From the NCBI GenBank assembly GCA_044869805.1, contig JBIOXV010000157.1, positions 9,752 to 73,751 of the forward strand: a stretch of DNA of 64,000 bases, read 5' to 3'. How positions within the stretch are numbered: position 1 is the first letter of the stretch; every line of letters starts with the position of its first letter. The notes below the pieces were generated by a model. That model was not told the DNA's origin. It saw nothing but the letters and a program-made list of their open reading frames with translations, and did not search any database. This DNA is from Thermoanaerobaculia bacterium (GTDB taxonomy: Bacteria; Acidobacteriota; Thermoanaerobaculia; Multivoradales; SZUA-115). Both the position numbers and the translations under genes were made by a program. Positions 18,615-28,548 of this stretch are shown piece by piece.

Positions 18615-21431
18615 ATGGCGGATACCTTCGTCTACGACGTCTTCGTAAGTTACAGCCACAAGGATCAGGGCTGGGTGCGAGGAACGCTCGTGCCTCGCCT
18701 TCGGATGGCAGGGCTGAAAGTCTGCATCGATCACGAGTGTTTTGAGCCGGGAGCGCCCAGCGTCGCCGAGATGGAGCGCGGCGTCCTCACCAGCCGCAAG
18801 ACGTTGCTGGTGCTCACCCCGGCCTATCTGCAGAGCGCCTGGACGGAGTTCGAGAACCTGATGCTCCAAACTCTCGACGCCGCCAACCGAGCCCGCCGCC
18901 TGATCCCGCTGCTCAAGGAGAAATGCGAGCTGCCGCTCCGCATCGGCTACCTGACCTACGTGGACATGACCGATCCCGCGGAGGAAGCCGCGGCCTGGGA
19001 GCGCCTGCTCAAGGCCCTCCCGCCGCTGGAGCCACCCAAGAGCGCTGCGCACAGCACGCCTACCCGCGACGACTGGTGCTTCGCCCACTCCTACGGCCTC
19101 CTGCCGAAGTTCACGGGCCGGAAAGACGAGCGGGGGATGCTCTCGGGCTGGCTCGGCGACCAGGAGCAACCGCCACTTTTCGTGCTGCGGGCGCTCGGCG
19201 GCTTCGGTAAGACGGCCCTGGCCTGGTACTGGTTGCTCCACGATGTGGAGCCGGGGCGGTTTTCGCGTGTGCTGTGGTGGAGTTTCTACGAGGGTGATGC
19301 GTCCTTCGATCGCTTCCTCGATCACGCGGTCGAGTACCTGAGCCCAGACAGTAGGAAGCTCGGCCCCAGACAGAAGATGGACGCGATCCTCGATGCTCTG
19401 AGGCAGCCCGGCGTGCTGCTGGTGATGGACGGCTTCGAGCGGGCGCTTCGTGCCTACTCTGGAATTGCGGCTGCGTACCAGGAGGACAACGAGGAGGAGA
19501 CCGAGCCCTCAGCCAGGAAGATCGGATTCCAGGAAGAGAAGAGCGGTGGCGAGGCCACTCACGAGCACGAGCGCGACTGCATCAATTTCCTGGCCGAGGA
19601 GCTGCTGCGTGCAGTGGCGGGACAGCCAGGAATCCGTGGCCGGGTGCTGCTCACCACGCGCCTCCGCCCGCGAGCTCTGGAAGGGGCAGGTGGCGAGTTG
19701 ATCGAGGGCGTTCGAGAGGAGAAGCTGACCGCCCTCGCGGCCGAAGACGCAGCTCAGCTCTTCTCCTCACTTGGAATCCGGGGTCTCCCTTCGGAGATCA
19801 AAGCCGCCTGCCAGCCATACGGCTTCCATCCCTTAAGCCTGCGCCTTCTCGCGGGTCTGATCCTGAAGGATCTTCGTCAGCCGGGAGAGATTCGCGCTGC
19901 CGAGCGGCTGGACGTTTCCGGGGACCTCAAGCAGCGCCAGCACCACGTACTGGAGCAGTCGTACGAGAGCCTGCCCGCGGAGGAGCGGAAGTTCCTGTCG
20001 TGCATCGCGTGCTTCCGGGGTGGAACGAGCTACGAGGCGATCGGGAGCGTTGCCGGAGGGCTGGGTGAGGGGGCGCTCGATGCCGGGCTCCGCGATCTCG
20101 TCGAGCGCGGCCTGCTGCACCACGATTCCAAGGATGGCCGCTTTGACCTCCATCCCATCGTGCGGCGCTATGCCTACAATCGACTGGGTGAGGAAGAGCG
20201 CAGGGCCGCACACCGTGCGCTCAAGGACTTCTTCGCCGCTGTTCCGCCGCCGGAGCAAGTCACGACGGTCGAGGACCTTGCGCCGGTGATTGAGCTGTAC
20301 CATCACTTGGTGCGGGCAGGGGAGTACGATGAGGCGTGCCGTCTCTTCCGCAACCGACTGACAACGACGACCTACTACCAACTCGGCGCCTATGGCCTTC
20401 AGATCGAGCTTCTCAGTGTTCTCTTCCCCGACGGTGAGGACCGACCGCCACGGCTTCAGACAGAGTCTGACCAAGCCTGGACCTTGAACGAGCTGGCCAA
20501 CTCCTACAGCATGGTAGGCCAGCCACGCCGGGCGATCCCGCTATTCGAGCGCCAGATCGCGATCCGTGAGAGTCAGAGTTTCGCCAAGGGTGTTGCCATC
20601 GGTTCGTCCAATCTGGCAGACGACCAACTCAAGACCGGGGTGCTCCTGGCCGCCGGGATAAGCCTGCGGCGTCATTTCGAGCTGAGCCGGGAAACTGGCG
20701 ATAGGCTCGAGGAGTCCGTCGGCCAGCAAGACCTGGGACGGTTGCTGACCTGCCGAGGTAGTTGGGCCGAAGCGGAGAACGCGCTGGCTGCTTCGACGAA
20801 GTATTGGGAGGAAACCGGGGACACTCAGGGGCTAGCTCTTGACGAGGCCTACTGCGTGCAGCTCTACCTGCTCCGCTTGCGGGCCGCGATCACCGGTGCC
20901 AGCTCGGTGGAGGCCATCCGTGAGCTAGAAAGGCAGGCGCTCGCCGCTGGCCGCCGCGCGCTCGAGTTGGCGAAAGAGTTCGCGCAGGAGCACTACCCAA
21001 TGGAGCGCGACTTCGTTCGCGCCCACTGGGTCGTCGGAGCTGCCTACCGCGTGAACACCGACCTGGAAGCGGCGGAGCGCCACCTAACCGAGGGGCTCAG
21101 CCGCTGCCGAAGGATCAACATGGTGGACCACGAGGCCGACATCCTCCTCGACCTCGCCCGCCTGCGCCTCGCCCAAGGCCAGCGCGACGAATCCATCCGC
21201 CTCACCCAGGAAGCTCTGCGCATCACCGAGCGCTGCGGCTACGTGCTGCAGGGGGCGGACGTGCGTCTCTTCCTCGCCGCGCGGGCGGAGGAGGATGGGC
21301 GACGGGAGGAAGCTCTGGCGCACGCCCGCGAGGCGCGCAGGCTCGCCACCTGCGACGGCCCACCGTACACCTACAAGGTGGCCTACGACGAGGCCGGGGC
21401 GCTGCTGGCCAAACTGGGGGAGCCGCCGTAG
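18615..21431 (+). CDS. TIR - NB-ARC (STAND NTPase) - TPR protein (bacterial NLR-like)
   Basis: TIR: YDVFVSYSHKD..LLVLTPAYLQSAWTEFE. P-loop GGFGKT (19197-19214). Walker B LLVMDGFE. VLLTTRLRP and FHPLSLRLLAG are NB-ARC-like. C-terminal TPR-like repeats. Confidence 0.85.
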   Translation: MADTFVYDVFVSYSHKDQGWVRGTLVPRLRMAGLKVCIDHECFEPGAPSVAEMERGVLTSRKTLLVLTPAYLQSAWTEFENLMLQTLDAANRARRLIPLLKEKCELPLRIGYLTYVDMTDPAEEAAAWERLLKALPPLEPPKSAAHSTPTRDDWCFAHSYGLLPKFTGRKDERGMLSGWLGDQEQPPLFVLRALGGFGKTALAWYWLLHDVEPGRFSRVLWWSFYEGDASFDRFLDHAVEYLSPDSRKLGPRQKMDAILDALRQPGVLLVMDGFERALRAYSGIAAAYQEDNEEETEPSARKIGFQEEKSGGEATHEHERDCINFLAEELLRAVAGQPGIRGRVLLTTRLRPRALEGAGGELIEGVREEKLTALAAEDAAQLFSSLGIRGLPSEIKAACQPYGFHPLSLRLLAGLILKDLRQPGEIRAAERLDVSGDLKQRQHHVLEQSYESLPAEERKFLSCIACFRGGTSYEAIGSVAGGLGEGALDAGLRDLVERGLLHHDSKDGRFDLHPIVRRYAYNRLGEEERRAAHRALKDFFAAVPPPEQVTTVEDLAPVIELYHHLVRAGEYDEACRLFRNRLTTTTYYQLGAYGLQIELLSVLFPDGEDRPPRLQTESDQAWTLNELANSYSMVGQPRRAIPLFERQIAIRESQSFAKGVAIGSSNLADDQLKTGVLLAAGISLRRHFELSRETGDRLEESVGQQDLGRLLTCRGSWAEAENALAASTKYWEETGDTQGLALDEAYCVQLYLLRLRAAITGASSVEAIRELERQALAAGRRALELAKEFAQEHYPMERDFVRAHWVVGAAYRVNTDLEAAERHLTEGLSRCRRINMVDHEADILLDLARLRLAQGQRDESIRLTQEALRITERCGYVLQGADVRLFLAARAEEDGRREEALAHAREARRLATCDGPPYTYKVAYDEAGALLAKLGEPP

Positions 21432-21492
21432 CCCTCGCCCGGCCGGCACCTGCTACGATTTGCGGAGCATTTACCCAGCCGGGAGACCCCTG

Positions 21493-23985
21493 ATGCCGAC
21501 CCCCTCCGTCGCCGAGATCTTCGAGACCCTGGAGTACGGCCCGGCGCCGGAAACGGACGCGCCGGCGAATGCGTGGCTGGAGGCGCGGGGCCGCGAGATC
21601 CTGCCCTTCATCGGCGGCGAGCTCCGGCGGCCGGCCACGGCCGAGTTCTTCGAAAGCGTCAACCCCGGCACCGGCAAGCCGTTCGCGAGGGTCGCGCAGT
21701 GTGGTGCCGTCGAGGTGGATGCCGCGGTCGAGGCGGCGCGGGCGGCGCAGCCCGGCTGGTGGGCGATCGGCGGCCACGCGCGGGCGCGCTACCTCTACGC
21801 CATCGCCCGCCACGTGCAGAAGAATGCGCGCCTGTTGGCGGTGCTCGAGACTCTGGACAACGGCAAGCCGATCCGCGAGACGCGGGACATCGACGTGCCG
21901 CTGGTGGCCCGGCACTTCTACCATCACGCCGGCTGGGCGCAGCTCATGGAAACCGAGCTTTCCGGCTGGGCGCCGGTCGGCGTCGCCGGGCAGATCATTC
22001 CCTGGAACTTCCCGCTCCTGATGCTGGCCTGGAAGATCGCGCCGGCGCTCGCCATGGGCAACACCGTGGTGCTGAAGCCCGCGGAGTTCACCTCGGTGAC
22101 CGCCGCCGCCTTCGCCGAGCTCTGCCGCGACGTGGGCTTGCCGCCGGGAGTGGTCAACCTGGTGACCGGCGATGGCCGCACGGGAGCCCTGATCGTCGAT
22201 CACCCTGGCGTCGACAAGCTGGCCTTCACCGGCTCGACCGAGGTCGGCCGCATCCTGCGCGAGAAGACGGCCGGCAGCGGCAAGAAGCTGTCGCTCGAGC
22301 TGGGCGGCAAGTCGCCGTTCATCGTCTTCGACGACGCGGACCTCGACGGCGCGGTCGAGGGCGTGGTGGACGCCATCTGGTTCAACCAGGGCGAGGTGTG
22401 CTGCGCGGGCTCGCGCCTCTTGGCGCACGAGGGTGTCGCCGAGCGCTTCTACGACAAGCTGCGCGCCCGCATGGAGACGCTGCGCGTCGGCGACCCGCGC
22501 GACAAGGCGATCGACATCGGCGCCATCATCGCGCCGGTGCAGCTCCAGAAGATCGACCAGCTCGTGCGCCAGGGAGTGGAGGAGGGCGCGCGGCTGTGGC
22601 AGCCCTCCTGGAGCTGCCCACGCGATGGGTACTTCTACCCGCCGACGCTCTTCACCGACGTGGCGCCGGCGGCGACTATCGCGCAGGTGGAGATCTTCGG
22701 CCCGGTGCTGGTGGCGATGACCTTCCGCACCCCGGAAGAGGCGCTCGAGCTCGCCAACAACACGCGCTTCGGCCTCGCGGCCAGCGTGTGGACCGAGAAC
22801 ATCAACCTCGCCCTCGACGTCGCCGCCAAGCTCAAGGCCGGCACGGTGTGGATCAACTCCACCAACCTCTTCGACGCCGCCTCCGGCTTCGGCGGCTACC
22901 GCGAGAGCGGCTTCGGTCGCGAGGGCGGGCGGGAGGGGTTGTTCGAGTACGTGCAGCCCGCTTGGCTGGCGGCGGCGAAGCACGGGATCCAGCCGAAGAG
23001 CGGGCCGTCGCGCGCGGAAGCCGCGGCCGCGGCAAGGAGAAGGGCGACTGCCGAGAAGGCACACGCGACGCTGAGGGCGAAGAGAGAGGCCCGGCTCGCC
23101 GCCGACGGCGCCTCCGCCCCGCTCGCTTCTCTTCCGCCCGTCGACCGCACCACCAAGCTCTACATCGGCGGCAAGCAAGCGCGGCCGGACGGCGAGGGCG
23201 TGCGTAAGGTGCTGTCGCCCTTGGGGCGCCTCCTGGGCGAGGTGGGGGAGGGCAACCGCAAGGACGTGCGCAACGCCGTCGAGGCGGCACGCAAGGCGCA
23301 ACCCGGGTGGGCGAAGGCCACCTCGCACAACAAGGCGCAGGTCCTGTACTACATCGGCGAGAACCTGGCCGCGCGGCGCGACGACTTCGCCCGCCGCCTC
23401 CGCGAGATGACCGGCCAGACCTCGGAGGCGGCAGCCGACGAGGTCGACCGGTCGATCGAGCGCTTCTTCTGTTTCGCCGCCTGGGCCGACAAATACGCCG
23501 GCACCGTGCAGGCCGTGCCGCAGCGCATGTTCACCTTCGCGGTGCACGAGCCGCTGGGAGTGATCGGCATCGCCTGCCCAGACGAGGCGCCGCTCCTCGC
23601 CTTCTGCTCGACCGTCGCCGCCGCCCTCGCGATGGGCAACGCGGTCGTCGCCGTGCCCTCCGAGCGCCACCCGCTCGCCGCCACCGACCTCTATCAAGTC
23701 TTCGATACCTCTGACGTGCCGGGCGGCGTGATCAACATCGTCACCGGCTCCCGCGACGGCCTGGCCGAGGTGCTCGCCGCCCACGACGACGTGGACGGCC
23801 TGTGGTACTTCGGACCCCAAGCCGGCAGCGCCGCCGTCGAGCGCGCCTCGATCGGCAATCTCAAGCGGGTGTGGTCGAGCTACGGCGTCGACCGCGACTG
23901 GGCAGACCCCGTCCAGGGTGCCGGCGAAGAGTTCCTCCGCCAGTCCATCCAGGTGAAGAACATCTGGGTGCCGTGGGGGGAATGA
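21493..23985 (+). CDS. aldehyde dehydrogenase fused to a second, partial ALDH-like domain
   Basis: ATG 21493. The first domain is complete (ELGGKSPFIVF, GEVCCAGSR). An Ala/Arg/Lys-rich linker follows. The second ALDH-like N-terminal half (KLYIGGKQ..., GNAVVAVPSE) has no catalytic-Cys block visible. Confidence 0.75.
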   Translation: MPTPSVAEIFETLEYGPAPETDAPANAWLEARGREILPFIGGELRRPATAEFFESVNPGTGKPFARVAQCGAVEVDAAVEAARAAQPGWWAIGGHARARYLYAIARHVQKNARLLAVLETLDNGKPIRETRDIDVPLVARHFYHHAGWAQLMETELSGWAPVGVAGQIIPWNFPLLMLAWKIAPALAMGNTVVLKPAEFTSVTAAAFAELCRDVGLPPGVVNLVTGDGRTGALIVDHPGVDKLAFTGSTEVGRILREKTAGSGKKLSLELGGKSPFIVFDDADLDGAVEGVVDAIWFNQGEVCCAGSRLLAHEGVAERFYDKLRARMETLRVGDPRDKAIDIGAIIAPVQLQKIDQLVRQGVEEGARLWQPSWSCPRDGYFYPPTLFTDVAPAATIAQVEIFGPVLVAMTFRTPEEALELANNTRFGLAASVWTENINLALDVAAKLKAGTVWINSTNLFDAASGFGGYRESGFGREGGREGLFEYVQPAWLAAAKHGIQPKSGPSRAEAAAAARRRATAEKAHATLRAKREARLAADGASAPLASLPPVDRTTKLYIGGKQARPDGEGVRKVLSPLGRLLGEVGEGNRKDVRNAVEAARKAQPGWAKATSHNKAQVLYYIGENLAARRDDFARRLREMTGQTSEAAADEVDRSIERFFCFAAWADKYAGTVQAVPQRMFTFAVHEPLGVIGIACPDEAPLLAFCSTVAAALAMGNAVVAVPSERHPLAATDLYQVFDTSDVPGGVINIVTGSRDGLAEVLAAHDDVDGLWYFGPQAGSAAVERASIGNLKRVWSSYGVDRDWADPVQGAGEEFLRQSIQVKNIWVPWGE

Positions 23986-24066
23986 CGGCCGCGCGTCCGG
24001 AATGCGCAGCGACAAGCCTCCTGCTCCGCACGGCCGGCCGGGCGTGCGAGCCTTCTCGTCCGGTCG

Positions 24067-25266
24067 CTACTCCGCCGCCGGCACCACCACCTCGACGATG
24101 AAGCCGTCGACGTAGCCGCAGGGCAGCTCCGTCCAAGCGCACCACATGTAGCCTTCGTAGTCCACGAACACCACGTGCTCGCGGTTCTCGGTGCGGCCGT
24201 TGCCCTGCCGCGGGTCGTCTACGAAGGTGACCTGGAAGCCGCCGCGCACCCGCCGCACGTCGGTCACCATGGCGGCGTGGCCGCCGGCCGGGAACCACTT
24301 GATGAGGATCTCGACGTCGGCGCCGAACTCGAGCCCCATGAAGAGGCCGAGCATGTAGTCGGGGACGTCGTCCTCCGACTCCGGCCAGCCGAAGTAGCCG
24401 GTGTCGACCGGCCAGTCGTGGCGATTCAGGAAGGCGTTCTTGCCAGGAATGATGTCGACGTCACGGGTGCCGTTGGCCTCGGTGGTGCCCATGTCCTCCC
24501 ACAGCTCGTCGTAGATGGCGTTGGCGCTGGGGCCCATGCCGTCGCCGCCCGCGTTGTCGGCGAGGTAGCGCAGAGAGCGGGCTATGGCCCCGGGCGCGCA
24601 GCCGTTGCGGTCCTCGTTGACCGCCGGCAGGTCGTCTCCGCCTTCGACGCCGTTGGCGGCCTCGTAGGGTGGCGGCGGCTCGCCGATGCCAGCCTCGCCC
24701 ACGCCGCCCCAGTCGCCGATGAGCTGCGGAATCGCCGCCAGGCTGCTGCCGCCGTTGCCGTAGCCGCCGGCGTGGTACTCCTCGGCGGTGACGAACGCGA
24801 GCTGGTCCGGCACCAGGAGAGCGGCGTCCGGGAGCGGCTCGGGGCTCACGGTGAGCGCGTAGGGGAGCGCGCTCACCGGCTCGCCCGGCTCGTTGCCGAG
24901 TGAGAACTGCACGCTGGGCCGGGCGCTCAGCAGGCGGGCCTCGTCGGGATAGCTGAGCCGCAGGTTGCGCACCGACCAGGCGAGGCTGCCGGCCTGCTCG
25001 GTGACGATGTTCACGTAGGCGCCTTCTCCGACCAGGTACGCGGCAGCCTCTGGGCCGAGGTCGAGCTCGACCTCGCCGACCCGCGAGTAGAGCTGCACGT
25101 CGCCTTCGTGCTCGCCGAGCCAGTGGAGCTGGCGGAAGGTAAGGGCGATGCCCGGCGTGGAGCTGGCATAGGCGCCGGCGAAGAAGGAGGATGTGCCTAA
25201 GCACGGATTGGACGCGAGCGTCAGGACGATGACGAGGGGGAGAGGGAGATACCAAGTGAGCTTCAT
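24067..25266 (-). CDS. secreted hypothetical protein, possible papain-fold Cys/His peptidase
   Basis: Signal peptide MKLTWYLPLPLVIVLTLAS. Cys context NEDRNGCAPGAIARSLRYL and downstream His context FPAGGHAAMVTDV. I recognise no family with confidence. Confidence 0.4.
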   Translation of the reverse strand: MKLTWYLPLPLVIVLTLASNPCLGTSSFFAGAYASSTPGIALTFRQLHWLGEHEGDVQLYSRVGEVELDLGPEAAAYLVGEGAYVNIVTEQAGSLAWSVRNLRLSYPDEARLLSARPSVQFSLGNEPGEPVSALPYALTVSPEPLPDAALLVPDQLAFVTAEEYHAGGYGNGGSSLAAIPQLIGDWGGVGEAGIGEPPPPYEAANGVEGGDDLPAVNEDRNGCAPGAIARSLRYLADNAGGDGMGPSANAIYDELWEDMGTTEANGTRDVDIIPGKNAFLNRHDWPVDTGYFGWPESEDDVPDYMLGLFMGLEFGADVEILIKWFPAGGHAAMVTDVRRVRGGFQVTFVDDPRQGNGRTENREHVVFVDYEGYMWCAWTELPCGYVDGFIVEVVVPAAE

Positions 25267-25465
25267 CGCTGGCCTCCTCGAGCCACATAGTGCCGGCTCT
25301 CGAAGAGCAGGGTGCGACGGCTCGAGATCAGTGTGACATTTGCATATCGTGAATCAACTGTCTGTGCCGTTGCGCCAGTCTTAGGGCATAAGCTCCAGGA
25401 CGTAACGACCCGCGGCTTCGGCCAGCCCAATCCGGCGGGCCGGATCATCGAACGTAGGAGGAGCC

Positions 25466-27082
25466 ATGCCCGCCAAGAACTGGCACTTCATCGCCGCCGA
25501 CCTCGCCAAGGTCTGGGGCACGCCCGATCGCAAGCACTACCTGCGCACCCAGCTCCTGGGTGACGCGGTCGACGTGGTGGCGGTGACGCCGGGTCACGTG
25601 GAGGTGAAGATCAGCCGCTTCACCAAAGCCGAGGACGGGAGCGTCGTGCCCGAGGAGGTGTCGGGCTTCATCGTGCCGTCGAAGAAGGGCGGGCTCCAGC
25701 CCGCCGACGTGGTGAAGCCGGTGAACGACGTGCTCAAGGTCAACTTCGTGGACGTGCAGCAGGGCGACGGCGCCATGATCGAGACCCCCAAGGGTCGCGT
25801 GATGCTGGTCGACGGCGGCGACAACGCCATGTTCGCCCGCTACCTCGCCGGCCGCTGGCGCAGCACCGCGGCCAGGCCGAAGCGCATCGAGTGCATCCTG
25901 GTCACCCACGGCGACGCCGACCACTTCGAGGGGCTGACCGAGATCCACGAGTCGGAGACCTACGAGGGCACAGGGCCGGCCGCCGAGTGGAAGTGGAAGC
26001 GGCTCTTCATCCAGCCGCGCCGGGTGTACCACAACGGCCTGGTCAAGCGGCCGAGCAAGCATGCCGACGGCACGCGGCGCAAGGAAGAGGAGATGCTGGG
26101 GCCGACCACGACCAAGGACGGCCGCCTGTTCCTCACCGGGCTGGTGGACGACCTGCTGGCGGTGCCCGACAAGGAGATGAACCAGCCGTTCACGAAGTGG
26201 AAGGCGGCGCTCGCCGACTATCAGCAGCGCGCCCTCGACGCCGGCCAGCCGGGGCTCGAGATGCGGCGTCTGGAGAAAGGCAGCCAGGGGGCCTTCGACT
26301 TCCTCGACTCCTGCGTCCAGGTCGAGGTGCTGGGACCCTTGACCGCCAAGGTCAATGGCAAGCCGGCGCTGCCCTTCCTCGGCAAGCCCTCGGGCGACAT
26401 CGGCGTCGGCACCGCGGAGACCAACCCCGAGAACAAGCAGTTCAAGGGCAAGTCCGCGTCGCACACCATCAACGGCCACTCGGTGATCCTGCGGCTGACC
26501 TACGGCAACGTGAATGTGCTCCTGGCCGGCGACCTCAACGAGGAGGCCGAGCTCGCCCTGCTCGCCGAGCTCCATGCCGGCAACCTCGACCTCAGGGCCG
26601 AGGTGTTCAAGGTGCCCCACCACGGCTCGGCCGACTTCTCGTCGGGGTTCGTCGACGCGGTGTCGCCGGTGGTCTCCGTGGTCTCGGCCGGCGACGAGAG
26701 CGCCCGCAAGGAGTACATCCACCCCCGCGCCACGCTGATGAGCGCCATCGGCCGCGCCGGCCGGCAGGGCTCGAGCCCGGTGATCTTCGTCACCGAGCTG
26801 GTGGCCTTCTTCTCCTGGCAGGACTGGGTCGAGCCCGAGGTGCACCAGAGCAAGGACGGGAAGGTCAAGACCCAGGAGGACGGCCTGGCAGTGGTCGACA
26901 AGAAGGCGAAGAAGCCGTTCTACGCTTTCCGACGCGATGCCTTCGGCCTGGTGCGGGTGCGCACCGACGGCAAGCGTCTTCTGGTGGCGACGGACAGCGG
27001 CAACGTGAAGCTCAAGGAGGCCTACGCCTACGAGGTGGACGAACAGGGGAACGCGACCGCGGTGCGGGTGAGGGAGGCCTGA
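25466..27082 (+). CDS. MBL-fold metallo-hydrolase, ComEC/Rec2-type beta-lactamase domain, no TM segments
   Basis: AGGAGGAG RBS. VDVQQGDGAMIETPKGRVMLVDGG, LVTHGDADH and KVPHHGSADFS blocks. Confidence 0.7.
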   Translation: MPAKNWHFIAADLAKVWGTPDRKHYLRTQLLGDAVDVVAVTPGHVEVKISRFTKAEDGSVVPEEVSGFIVPSKKGGLQPADVVKPVNDVLKVNFVDVQQGDGAMIETPKGRVMLVDGGDNAMFARYLAGRWRSTAARPKRIECILVTHGDADHFEGLTEIHESETYEGTGPAAEWKWKRLFIQPRRVYHNGLVKRPSKHADGTRRKEEEMLGPTTTKDGRLFLTGLVDDLLAVPDKEMNQPFTKWKAALADYQQRALDAGQPGLEMRRLEKGSQGAFDFLDSCVQVEVLGPLTAKVNGKPALPFLGKPSGDIGVGTAETNPENKQFKGKSASHTINGHSVILRLTYGNVNVLLAGDLNEEAELALLAELHAGNLDLRAEVFKVPHHGSADFSSGFVDAVSPVVSVVSAGDESARKEYIHPRATLMSAIGRAGRQGSSPVIFVTELVAFFSWQDWVEPEVHQSKDGKVKTQEDGLAVVDKKAKKPFYAFRRDAFGLVRVRTDGKRLLVATDSGNVKLKEAYAYEVDEQGNATAVRVREA

Positions 27083-27233
27083 GCAGCCGGTTTCGCTATG
27101 CCATACTGCCGCCGTGCCTGCTCGCGTGACGGCGGCTACGGGTACGAGTGCGGTGCGGATCGGAAGCGCGCCACGGCGGCGGCGCTGGCGCTGGCTGCCG
27201 GTGGTTTCGCCCTGGCCGGGCCGGCGGCTGCCC

Positions 27234-28436
27234 ATGAAGTACCGCGCGGCCCGCGTGCACAAGATCGCCGAGCGGCTGCCGCAAGGCCTCGTCGATCCCG
27301 GCTTCGAGGCGCTGCTGGCCAGGATCGACGGCCGCCCGCCCTACGGCGGTAACCAAGTCGAGGTCTTCCATTCGGGCGAGAAGGCGTTCGCCGCCATGCA
27401 CGCGGCGTTCGAGGCGGCGCGCTCGGAGATCCTCCTCGAGTCCTACATCTACAGCGACGACGGCACCGGCCGCTCGATCCGCGACGCGCTGGCGGCGGCC
27501 GTGGCGCGCGGCGTGCGAGTGCGGGTGGTGGTGGACGCCGTGGGCTCGAGCAAGGCCCGGCGCGCGTTCTGGAACGAAATGGCCGAGCTGGGGATCGATG
27601 TCCGGCGCTTCAACCCGCTGCTGCCCAACATCCTCACCCATCCCTTCCGTGACCACCGCAAGATCATCGTCGTCGATCGCCAGGTCGGCTTCACCGGCGG
27701 CATGAACATCGCCGACGAGTACGGCTCGTCGCGCCGGCGCCAGGAAGGGAAGACCTGGCGCGACTCGCACGTGCGGGTGACGGGGCCCGCGGCCTGGGAG
27801 CTGGCGGTGGTCTTCGCCGAGTCCTGGGAGTACACCGGGGGCGAGCCGCTCGACCTCCCGCCGCTCGAGGTGCCGCCACCCTGCGAGGGAGGCCGCCTGC
27901 TGGTGCTCGACTCGCGGCCCAACCGCGGTCACGTCGAGTCGGCCGCGGTGTTCGCGGCGGTGGTCGCCGCCGCCCACCGCTCGGTGGCGATCACCAACGC
28001 CTATTTCGCGCCCCGCCGCATCGCCATCGAGCTGCTCGGCCGGGCGGTGGCGCGCGGCGTCGAGGTGACCCTGCTGCTGCCCGGCAAGACCGACGTGCCG
28101 ATCGTCCGCCACGCCGGCCACGGCTACTTCGCCGCCCTGCTCGAGAGGGGGGTACGCATTTTCGAGTACCAGCCCGCCGTGCTGCACGCCAAGTACCTGG
28201 TGGCCGACGGCTACGCCTCGATCGTGGGCTCGACCAACCTCGATTTCCGGTCCTTCGCTCTGAACGGCGAGTGCAACCTCGTAGTGCTCGACGGTGACGT
28301 CGGCCGCAGGATGGACGAGGCTTTCGCCGAGGACCTGCGGAGCTCCGAGGAGATCCTCCTCGACGAGTGGCGCCGGCGACCCTTTCCGCACCGCCTCGGG
28401 GACCAGGGGGCACGCCTCCTGAGCCCGCTGCTCTAG
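27234..28436 (+). CDS. cls: cardiolipin synthase / phospholipase D family (two HKD motifs)
   Basis: HRKIIVVDRQVGFTGGMNIADEY and LHAKYLVADGYASIVGSTNLDFRSF. ATG 27234 is chosen; the upstream part of the track ORF is Arg/Ala-rich. Confidence 0.75.
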   Translation: MKYRAARVHKIAERLPQGLVDPGFEALLARIDGRPPYGGNQVEVFHSGEKAFAAMHAAFEAARSEILLESYIYSDDGTGRSIRDALAAAVARGVRVRVVVDAVGSSKARRAFWNEMAELGIDVRRFNPLLPNILTHPFRDHRKIIVVDRQVGFTGGMNIADEYGSSRRRQEGKTWRDSHVRVTGPAAWELAVVFAESWEYTGGEPLDLPPLEVPPPCEGGRLLVLDSRPNRGHVESAAVFAAVVAAAHRSVAITNAYFAPRRIAIELLGRAVARGVEVTLLLPGKTDVPIVRHAGHGYFAALLERGVRIFEYQPAVLHAKYLVADGYASIVGSTNLDFRSFALNGECNLVVLDGDVGRRMDEAFAEDLRSSEEILLDEWRRRPFPHRLGDQGARLLSPLL

Positions 28437-28548
28437 CTCGCTCTCCTACCTGGCAATCGCCTTGCACCTCCTGGCGGCGGGGGCCTTGCAGCCTCCACTG
28501 CGGGCTTGCCTGCACCGGCGGCCCTGTCTTCCCGGGTGGGAGGTGAGC

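Noticed and set aside
21223-24015. 930-aa ORF on the minus strand, antisense to the aldehyde dehydrogenase gene. Similar long antisense or alternate-frame ORFs occur at 294-1190, 1486-2568, 4880-6259, 7857-9209, 9230-11149, 15308-17506, 34872-36920, 40199-41782, 42405-44237, 44621-46789 and 55412-58072.
   Set aside because: Their translations are Arg/Ala/Gly/Pro-rich low-complexity sequence with no motifs. They lie opposite or out of frame to ORFs that have clear family signatures. This is the expected artefact of roughly 70% GC DNA, where stop codons are rare.
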